A stretch of DNA of 64,000 bases. Origin: Hydrolagus colliei (lineage: Eukaryota). Both the position numbers and the translations under genes were made by a program. The stretch covers positions 24,738,001-24,802,000 of the forward strand of contig CM068746.1 in the NCBI GenBank assembly GCA_035084275.1. Reading direction: 5' to 3'. How positions within the stretch are numbered: position 1 is the stretch's first letter; every line of letters starts with the position of its first letter. Below, in pieces: positions 26,860-36,431 of the stretch. The notes under the pieces are model-generated. The model was not told the DNA's origin, ran no database searches, and saw only the letters and a program-made list of their open reading frames with translations.

Positions 26860-27170
26860 GTAATAATAATCCTTGCATTTGATATAGTGCTTTCACATCT
26901 TCTAAACATCTCAAAGTGCTTCACAGAATATACTGTAAAGTGAATTGACTGTATATTTGTGGACGAAAAGGGGCAGTCAATTGCACAAGTAGAGTCCCAC
27001 AAACAGTTGTCGATTGAAATGACAAATTTTATTGTTGTGTTTTTTTTGAGGGATTATTGTTAGACGTGTGGAGTAAGGAAACTTGCCCAAGGTTTCACCC
27101 TGACCTGCCTGGATTTGAACACAGGTCGAATTGTAAGGCGAGTGCTCTAACCACTAGCTACAGGACTCCA
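26860..27170 (-). mobile_element. Full-length SINE (intron 4 of the cytokine)
   Basis: Reverse head gctacaggactcca, body and tail. Confidence 0.9.
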
Positions 27171-27821
27171 TCCTTTCAGGGAGAGTGTGCACATTTGTTT
27201 TCAGACACAGGAGATTTTTCATGCATAGGTGATATGTATAAGTGGAACTCTCAATCATGTTTGGATACCTTTAAGCATGGGGTTTTAAGTTTCCACATCT
27301 ATCAGTCATGTACTGACCCCAAAAAAAGCCTGGCTCAGAATGAGCAATTGAAGGCAATTAGCTGCCGTATTTTGCCCACAAAATATACAGTCAATTCAAT
27401 TTACAGTATATTCTGTGAAGTGCTTTGAAACGTCTCAAAGACATGATAAGGTGCAATATAAATTGCAAGGATTATTATTATTATGGAAGTGGGATAATAA
27501 TAGTAATCCTCACATTTGATATAGCGCTCTTCACATCTTCTAGATGTTTCAAAGTGCTTCACAGAATATGCTGTAAAGTGAATTGACTGTATATTTTTGT
27601 GGTCGATCCACATGTGAGGGAATCTACATCTTTTAAATGAAAACTGATTTCATAGGTCAGTCTTCCAACCAACACTGGTAGTGAACGTTAAAATTCCAAA
27701 ATGTCCAATATGCAACAATGCTCAGTGGCATTTACTGCTGGTCAGGAAATAATTACTTAAGTTTTAAGCTTTGAAGTACAGCAGAGATACTATTATTTTA
27801 TACCAAATCTCAATCTATTAC

Positions 27822-27893
27822 CTTGCATATTTCTTCTTCCAATTTTCTGATGGCCCGTTTAGCCTTCAAATCCTTTAAATACTTGCATTCATC
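27822..27893 (-). CDS. Class II cytokine exon 4: DECKYLKDLKAKRAIRKLEEEICK
   Basis: gtttcag|72 nt|gtaata; phase 0/0; amphipathic helix; size typical of IL-10-family exon 4. Confidence 0.78.
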
Positions 27894-28639
27894 CTGAAAC
27901 ATATTACAGTTGGAACAAAATGCATGTGTTAGTATTCATTCTGAGAAAACTTAAAGAAGTTCCCTTGTATGTTTATTTTCTACAATGAATATCTTCACAC
28001 AGAGTCCAACTAATTTTACGTCAATTTTGCCGCTGCTGACTGTTCTCCTAGCAGATTTACTCATTTACGATTCTCATTACCAAGTGTCAAGATGAAAATT
28101 GATTCAGCAATCGATTTCGGCATTTAATGGTGACGCTTAAATAAAAATATAATCCTGGCATTTGACGTAATGCCTTAACAAGTCTTTGAGAAATCTCAAA
28201 GCATATCACATACTAGATAGTGAATTAACTGTGTATTTTGTGGGTGAAGCATGGCAGCCAATTGCACACAGCACTGTCCCACAAACAGCCATGGAGTGTT
28301 AAGTATTAATCACTTGCATTGATAAGCATTGAAACATCTCATAGAAAGAAGGCACTTTGAGATGTTCCCCTGTGAAAAGTGCTATATACATTGAAATTGC
28401 ATTGTATATTACTGTATTATTAACTCTATGAAGTGAGTGACCAATTTTATTTGGGGGATTGTTGGTTAGGACACCGGAAGAAACTCCTTTTGAATAGTGC
28501 CATGGGATCTTTGTGGAGTCCTGTAGCTCAGTGGTTAGAGCACTCGTCTTATAAGCGTGAGACCTGTGTTTCGAATCAAGGCAGGGCGAAACCTTAGTTC
28601 CACAATTTAGTTACTTTTTTGCACAGATGCTGGAAATCT

Positions 28640-28995
28640 AGAAACCTATAAGATTATTAAGGGTCACGACAGAATAGATAGTGGGAGACTTTTTCCCCTG
28701 GTTGGAAAAACTATAACCAGGGGTCGCAGTCTTAGTCAGTGTTACAATCACAGTCTTTCGCACTTTCACCCGGAGGTTAGTGAATTTATGGAATTCTCTA
28801 CCCCAAAGGGCTGTAGATGCTCAGTCCTTGAACATATTCAAGACTGAGATTGATAGATTTCTTGTGGATAAAGGGATTAGGGGATAAGGCAGGTAGGTGG
28901 AGTTAGAATAGATCAGCCATGATCTTATTGAATGGCGGGGCAGGCTCGAGGGGCCGAATGGCTTACTCCTGCTCCTAATTCTTATGTTCTTATGT
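28640..28995 (+). mobile_element. CR1 3' end
   Basis: ..gaatggcggggcaggctcgaggggccgaatgg..ttcttatgttcttatg terminus. Confidence 0.9.
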
Positions 28996-29187
28996 TTTTT
29001 GGGTGAGTTACTTATCTGAGAAAATGTAATAGCTAATCAGGAAACAGGACATTCCACAAATATCAATGAAGCAATTGACCAAATAATCTGAATGAAGGAG
29101 GAATTTGGGGATAACATTGGGATAACTCCCTACTCCTCCTTGAAATTGTGCTACATCACCAATTGAACAGGTTCACTGTTTAACCAA

Positions 29188-29380
29188 CAAAAACACAAAA
29201 TACTGCAGATGCTGGAAATCTGAAACAAGGGTTAAGGGTTAATCCTTAAAAGCCTTTCCCTCTGAACAAGCTCCAGTTCTGACGAAGGGTCGTGGACCCT
29301 AAACGTTGACTCACTTTTCCTTTCTCCATAGATGCTGCCTGACCTGCTGGTTGTTCCCAGCGATTTCTATTTTTGTTTCA
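29188..29380 (+). mobile_element. Short shark-type repeat (Penelope-like terminal remnant)
   Basis: aaatactgcagatgctggaaatctg..ctgacgaagggtc..gatgctgcctgacctgctg; partial copies near 28621 and 31675-31765; family assignment from memory. Confidence 0.6.
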
Positions 29381-30328
29381 TTGTTTAACTTCTTATGTGA
29401 GGGATAAGGGACTGATGATGTAGGTTTGTCGTTGTTAACCTAAGATGAAGACTGCTTTCAGTTTATGAAAAACTTTTTCTAAAAGAGTCCTTTCCAAAAC
29501 TTAGTGGGTGAAATAAGTATCGTACATAGTTAGAGCAGAAGAAATAAGTAAATGGTAAAGATAAAGTTAAAATCCTGAGATTTAGGGAGGAAGGGAAAAG
29601 TGATGGCAGACTAAACAAAACTACAACAATAACAACTTACAGTTACATAGCACCCTTCATGTGGGGATGTGTATCAGACTTTTTAATAGTGACAGAGCTG
29701 GACACTGAGCCACTGAAACCGGGTCTCTCACTTGCAAGCAGAGTGCTCTAACCACTGATCTGCAGGGGTGTGAGTTTGAGAGATGTTACAGTGAACAAAT
29801 TTACATGTTTACCCACAAGTACATACCGGTAGTCACTATATTTTACAATAAAATCCTGTAAGTCTTGAAATAAGGCACTATATCAAATGAAAATTATTCA
29901 TCTGGCCCAACTTGTTTGTGTTGGTGTTGATACTTCACCTAAGCTTCCACACCTCCCTATCCCCTCTCCCATATCCCTCTGGTCCCTTCTCTCTCTGCTG
30001 CAATCATCAAGTTTCCTCTTAAATATATTAATGCTTTCTGCCTCAACTATAGCTTATGGGAGTGGGATCCATATTCTTACCGCTATCTGAGTAAAGAGGC
30101 TCATTGTAAACTCTCTTTTAGATCTGTTACCAGCTATTTTGTGGTGTCCTGTACCTTAGTGGTTAGAGCACTCTTCCCACAAGCAAGAGAACTGGATTTA
30201 ATTCCGAGCAGGGAACAATGTTGGGTAACTTTCCTTACTCCACATGCCTTTGTTTATCTAGCAGTTTTCCCAGAAAAGCAATCCACCAATCGACTAACAA
30301 CCGGGTTCCTATTTACTGCTTATTAATA

Positions 30329-30652
30329 GTGGAGCTCCTGTAGCTCAGTGGTTAGAGCACTCGCTTTACAAGCGTGAGACCTGTGTTCGAATACAGGCAG
30401 ATCAAGGCGAAACCTTGGGCTAGTTTCCTTATTCCACACACCTAATAATAATCCGTCCCCAAAAAAATCATAATAATAAAAACTGGTCATTTCAATCCAC
30501 GACTGTTTGTGGGACACTGCCTTCCACAATTGGCTGCCACGTTTCGCCCACAAATATACAGTCAATTCACTTTACGGTAAAGTCAATTTACTTTGAGACG
30601 TTGATAAGATGTGAAAAGCGCTATATCACATGCAAGGATTATTATTATTACT
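30329..30652 (+). mobile_element. Full-length SINE, preceded by a partial long-type SINE (~30140-30322)
   Basis: Intact A box, near-intact B box, body, (att)n tail. Confidence 0.92.
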
Positions 30653-31108
30653 ATACACCTAAACAGAGGCTTGTGGAGTAAGGCAACTTGCCCACTATTT
30701 TGCCCGGCCATAGACACTTATCACTGCTGACATCCGAGTAAATCTGTGCTGCATTCTCCATTGCTACAATATCCTTCCTATTGTATGAGGACCAAAAATG
30801 CATATAGTACCCAAATATGGTCTACCCAAGGTTTTGGTTGCATTTAGCATCACTTCCGTGTTAAATATATTTAATATTATAGTAAGATCGTCACATAATC
30901 AGCCATGCAATCCCGACAATGTATACCGTTTTAAAAAAAATAAATTTGTTATACATTTTACACCTTCCCTCTGGGAAACCGAAGAATGTTATTTAGGTCT
31001 TCTAAGATGGGAAAAAAAGACGGTAGATTTAGAGCCACGCATGAATTTGAAGCAAATAAGTTTTACAGACAGGATTTGGATATATTAGGGAGGGGAAAGT
31101 TGACTTAC

Positions 31109-31255
31109 ACATCTTGTCTTGGCATACATTTCCTCGATATAATGTTTAACTTTGATGAGATCCTGCCTGAGACCCTCTGGCATCTGTCGGTATTGTTTCA
31201 AGAAAATCAAATAGAATTCCAAAGCCTTCTTCAGAACAGTGCACTTGCCGTGTTC
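31109..31255 (-). CDS. Class II cytokine exon 3: EHGKCTVLKKALEFYLIFLKQYRQMPEGLRQDLIKVKHYIEEMYAKTRC
   Basis: ttttttgctgacag|147 nt|gtaagt; C-x7-E-F-Y-L resembles IL-10 helix C (CQALSEMIQFYL); ends in Cys like IL-10 exon 3. Confidence 0.9.
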
Positions 31256-31363
31256 CTGTCAGCAAAAAAGCAATCATTAAAAACCCGAATAGCCCAGGTA
31301 CAGCTGCAACACAGAACAAAAAAAACACATCGGATCGTTAGGCGAATGCAAAGCAGAACTTAC

Positions 31364-31432
31364 TGTCATTTTGCCAAGCTTTGGCATGATTCGAAAGCCT
31401 CCCCCCTCGCTCAAGGATGATCCCCAAGAATG
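31364..31432 (-). CDS. Class II cytokine exon 2: HSWGSSLSEGGGFRIMPKLGKMT
   Basis: aatgcag|69 nt|gtaagt; phase 0/0; short exon 2 typical of the family. Confidence 0.85.
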
Positions 31433-31987
31433 CTGCATTTCAACACACACAAAAGGAAAGAGGGATTAAGTATAAAGGGACTAAAAGTTGCGAGAATCCT
31501 GCTGCCCCTAATAATATATTGGAGTGAGTGAGTGAGTGTGTGTGGGGTGGGGGGGAGGAGTGACAAGGTAATCTGTTCCTTTGAAACGCATATTCTTTCA
31601 TTTCATTACATTACATTACATTGGACAATGATAATAATAATAATAAGGATCGCAGAGCCAACACTCTACTATCAAAACACAAAATACTGTACATGCTGGG
31701 AGTCTGAGACAAAAACAGAAGGATGCTGCCTGACCTGCTGAGTTTCCCCAGAAACTTCTGTTTTTGGTGCTGCTATCAATATTGTTTTAAAACAGATATA
31801 CCCCAGAATGATGGTAAAAGAACACGACTGTGTTTCTCTCTCTCTCTGTCTCTCCTTCTCTTGCTTAAGTAGGAGCGTCCCAGATAAAGGAACAGAATTG
31901 TGAAGCTTACAATAGTATTTGTGTATGTGTATGTATATGTATGTATGTGTGTGTGTAGATATATATATATAAATAAATGTGAATCAC

Positions 31988-32131
31988 CTGCGAGACCGTC
32001 ATGACATTTTTCACACACAGAATGAAATCCTGGATCAGAATATCCATCACATTGGGTTTGCAAGTGGAGTTGGATGTTCCTGCAGCACACACCCCGAGTG
32101 AGATCAGGAGACAGGCAACCAGAGACAGCAT
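31988..32131 (-). CDS. Class II cytokine exon 1: MLSLVACLLISLGVCAAGTSNSTCKPNVMDILIQDFILCVKNVMTVSQ
   Basis: ATG preceded by an in-frame stop; hydrophobic signal peptide; CAG|gtgatt donor; TATA box 82-88 nt upstream. Confidence 0.88.
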
Positions 32132-32212
32132 ATTGAATCAGGTGTGTTTGGGAGGGTGATCGCCTGTTATCACTGTCACCACTGACGGCGGTTTCGGGCT
32201 AAATGCCTTCTT

Positions 32213-32425
32213 ATTTATAGGCTGGGTTTAGCAAAGGAGCATCCACCCTTTACCCTCCCCCCCCCACCCACTCCCTCCCCCCAGAAAGGAGGTCAATCTT
32301 AAATGCCCATCCCTCCTGCTCGGCCCACGAGGAATTGGGGGAAAACGAAATAAAGTTTCCAAATGTTGAGCTAATTTTGGGGTCAGATACGGGGGTGGGG
32401 AGAGTCCCTTTGCTTTTCTAGGTCA
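32213..32425 (-). promoter_or_regulatory. Promoter of the class II cytokine: TATA, IRF-E, kappaB and RORE-like half-sites
   Basis: TATAAAT 32219-32213; GAAAACGAAA 32341-32350; GGGACTCTCC (minus) 32399-32408; RGGTCA at 32290, 32380 and 32420. Confidence 0.65.
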
Positions 32426-34191
32426 TCATTCACATGCTCTGATCTCCTTTCCCTGCCCTCCACCCCTTTGCTAAGGTAGTGGTTTCAGAATACAAATCAA
32501 GATAGCAAACCCTGTTTGGTGTGGTGCCAGATAATCATCTCACACTCACTGCTGAAGTGAAAGTTATGGTGAAAAGAACTATTGGGGAGCTAAACTATTT
32601 CATCCAACGTATTGGGCCGAGATCAGATTTGTTCAGATACAGATCAGGCGAGGGATGGTGGTGTGAGATTCTTGTATTGCATTCGCTCACCACATTTTGT
32701 TTGGGTTGATCCCATCATAAACGTGCCCACCCAGGACTCTCTTAATGAATTAGAAGCAGTCCTCTCTCTCCTCTCCCCCCCCCCCCCCCCCCCCCCCCAC
32801 CCCCATTACAAACACCCACAGAGTGGATGTGTGCAACAGATTCCCAACTAAAGTTATCAGGCTGCATCTGTCACATCTTCAAAATCACAACACTTTCTGT
32901 ATGTTTGTAGTTGGTTGTGTGTGTGGGGACATTGCTGTGTGCAAATTGGCTGCTGCGTTCGCTTACAAAATAGATGGTCACTACATTGTACAGTAACTAA
33001 CTCACTTGAAGCACTTTTAAACATTAAACGGGCTTCCGATATGAAAGGTGCTCTATCAAACACAACTCTTATTATTTATTAGTAGTAATGCTGTACAGTA
33101 GTATTAGTATGATTTACAGACAACCAGCTAACTACACAGACTGGAGGGAATATGTGCTTCCCAATGCTGTGGGATATTTTCTTTGGTCAGTGTTGAGTAG
33201 TGGAGCACTGCACTGTCTGACATGCTATGTTTTGGATGAAACGTTAAGCTGAGTGAGGTTCCATCTGCCTGTTCAGATGGATGTTAAAGATTCCAATGAC
33301 ATTATTTGATAAAAGAAGGGAATCTGGCCCAGTGTTTTAGCCAACAAACCCCCAAATAAAATGGCTACATGGCTGTTTATGGGGTATGGTTGTGTATGCA
33401 TTGACTCCCATGTTCTCTTACGGTCACCGCACATTAAAACAAATACCAATTAAGCAATTTAAATGTTTCAACTATGTGATAAGCTACTATATCAAATGTA
33501 AGGTTTTCTTATTCATCTTTGTCCTTCATTATCACTATGAAAAATGAGCACCTCTATATCCAGTGAAAATAACCAGGCCAGAACATTTATGTTAAAAAAT
33601 AATCATCATTCTGTTTGATTTACCACCTGTCATGTTAGAAGACATCAAAAACTGCTTCACACAATGTACTATAAAGTGTGATGAATGGGTATTTTATATG
33701 CAAATATGGCAGACATACAATGACCAATTTTGTTTCAAGGATGTTGGACCAGACACCAGGTGAAACTTCCTTCTTCTTTTCAAATAGTGCCATGGGATCT
33801 TTTACATAACCAGCTCCCTATCCCCCAACAAATTGACATTAAGATCATCGTCCTCACCTCTATTGCCTCGCCCCAACCTATCTCTTCAATCCTAGATGTT
33901 CATTTGTGGTTGGTCCATAAGCAACAGGGATTCTCCTGGTGTCCTGAACAACACACAGTCACTACCTTTACAGAATATCTTATGAAGTGCTTGGAGATAT
34001 CCTCCTGGTGTAAAAGGTGCTATACCAAATGCAAGAATCATTATTATTATAACCGTCCTCAATATTAATTGGTACATTCCATGTTTGTGGGACCTCGTTG
34101 GTGCAAATGACAGCAGAATAGATATATTGGTTCTTGGCTACCTAATTAAAGGTACATGGACACATGGATTTACACATAATATATTAATAAT

Positions 34192-34915
34192 GTGGAGTCA
34201 TGAGACCTGGGTACAATTCCAGGCAGGGCAAAACCTTGGGGAAGTTTCCTTACTCCACACACCTAATAATAATCCCTAAAAAAAGCAATAATAAATTGGT
34301 GATTTCAACCCATGCCTGTTTGTGGGACACTGCTGTGCACAATTGCCTGCCACGTTTCACCCACATATACACAGTCAATTTACAGTATATTTTGTGAAGT
34401 GCTTTGAGACACGTAGAAGATGTTAAAAGCACTATATCAAATGCAAGGATTATTATTAGTAATAGTAGTAGTAAAATATAATGTGAATAAGAGTAAATAA
34501 GCGTGTGTGTATGTGTGTCTGTGTGTAACAAGATAATTTGGTCACTCAATCCACGGCTGTTTGTGGGGGAATTGCTGTGCACAATTGGCTGCTACGTTTT
34601 ACCCACAAAACCTATGGTCACTGCGCTATACAGTTTATTCTGTAGCGTGGAGTTCTGTAGTTCGGTGGTTAGAGTGCTCGCCTTGCAAGCAAGAGACTGA
34701 GTTTGATTCCAGGCAGGGCAAGTTTTTTTACTCTGCACTCCTGATAATAATGCCTAAAAAAAAATTGTTTATTTCAACCCATGACTGTTTGTGGGACACT
34801 GGTCAATTGGCTGCCACATTTTGCCCACAAAACATAATCAATTCACTTTACAGTATATTCTGAGATGTTTACAAGATTTAAAAAGGCAAAATCAAATGCA
34901 AGGATTATTATTTTT
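34192..34915 (+). mobile_element. Cluster of SINE copies (~34192-34460, ~34535-34640, ~34648-34915)
   Basis: Repeated heads, bodies and tails. Confidence 0.85.
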
Positions 34916-35348
34916 ATTTTTATTGATTTAATCTGTGCATTTAATATATAGTAGTACCTTATGTCATTGAGATGTTTCAAATGCTACATAGGATATCTCC
35001 TAAAAATGGGTGTGATTGTATGTATTGTGTTCAGCTGAATATACATCAGTCAAAGTGTTTACACTGATAAGACCTAGGAGAACAATATCTGGCTGATCAC
35101 TAACACTTCCATTTACTCTTGCGTCATATCAAATTGAAACATTTCAAAGTATTTCACACCATCAATTAATTACATTGAAGTGTAGTGATTGGGTTATGTA
35201 GGTAGATGTGGCAGCTAATGTGAGTCAGTGTTGTTTCACAAACAGAAATGACTGAATGAGCAACTTTGTTTTGTGATGGATTTGAATTTGAGAGGTAAAA
35301 TAGCCAGGACACCAGCTCTCCTTCGAAATACTGTAATATAATGGCATC

Positions 35349-36188
35349 TGGAGCTCCTGTAGCTCAGTGGTTAGAGCACTTGCCTTGCAAGTGTAAGACC
35401 TGTGTTCGAATCCAGGCAGATCAGGGCGAAACCTTGGGCAAGTTTCCTTACTCCACATGCCTAATAATAATCCCTCCAAAAAAAACAAATAATAAAATTG
35501 GTCATTTCAATCCACGACTGTTTGTGGAACACTGCTGTGTGCAATTGGCTGCCGAGTTTCGCGGCAGCCAATTCACTTTGCAGTATATTCTGTGAAGCGC
35601 TTTGAGACATCTAGAAGAGGTGAAAAGCGCTATATCAAATGCAAGGATTATTTTATTTTATCTGAACCACCAGAATGGGATTGTGATCTTAAACTCTTAT
35701 CTGAAGGAAGCACCTTTAGCAATGTGCCAACCCTCAGCACTGAACTGAACTGTAAACAGGTTCTGTGAGCAAGCCCGGGGTGCAGGTCAAACCCACATCT
35801 TTCTGACCTTGAAGTGAGAGCACTGCCAAATGAGCCAAGGTGGCATTTCATGTTTATAGTGTAGTCTTAGCGCATCCTGGAGGCGTATGGAGTCCTGTAG
35901 TTCAGTGGTTAGAGCAAGCAAAAGACCTGGGTTCAATTCTTGGCAGAGTGAAATCTTGGGCACGTTTTCTTACTCCACACGCCTAAGAATAATCCCTCCA
36001 AAAAAAAACAATAATAAAATTGGTCATTTCAACCCCCGACTGTGGAATACTGCTGTGTGCAATTGGCTGCTGCGTTTCACCCACAAGTATACAGTCAATT
36101 AACTTTACAGTATATTCTGTGAAGTGCTTTAAGATGTCTAGAATACGTGAAAAGCGCAAAATAAAATGCAGGGATTATTATTATTATT
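35349..36188 (+). mobile_element. Two SINEs (~35349-35655, ~35888-36188) among older SINE remnants
   Basis: Recognisable tRNA-like heads and (att)n tails. Confidence 0.88.
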
Positions 36189-36431
36189 AACCTTCTGCTT
36201 TCTAGGAGGGAAGCTGTGGATTAGCTGTTTTATGAACTGCTAGCTGTACCCTTTGCAGCTTCACTTGCAACCAAAGGATCCAATATGAAATGTAGATTGA
36301 CATACAGAAAGACACGTAGAGACATCTATACTCAGCTGGAAGGACTCCTGTGGGTGGACTCCATTTGGGAGGCCTCACTGGGAGGACTCCTTTAATATAT
36401 TTTCTCTCACAGTTCCTCAGTCTCTCTTCAT

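Noticed and set aside
30986-31420. 144-aa plus-strand ORF
   Set aside because: Antisense shadow of cytokine exons 2-3; no independent gene signals
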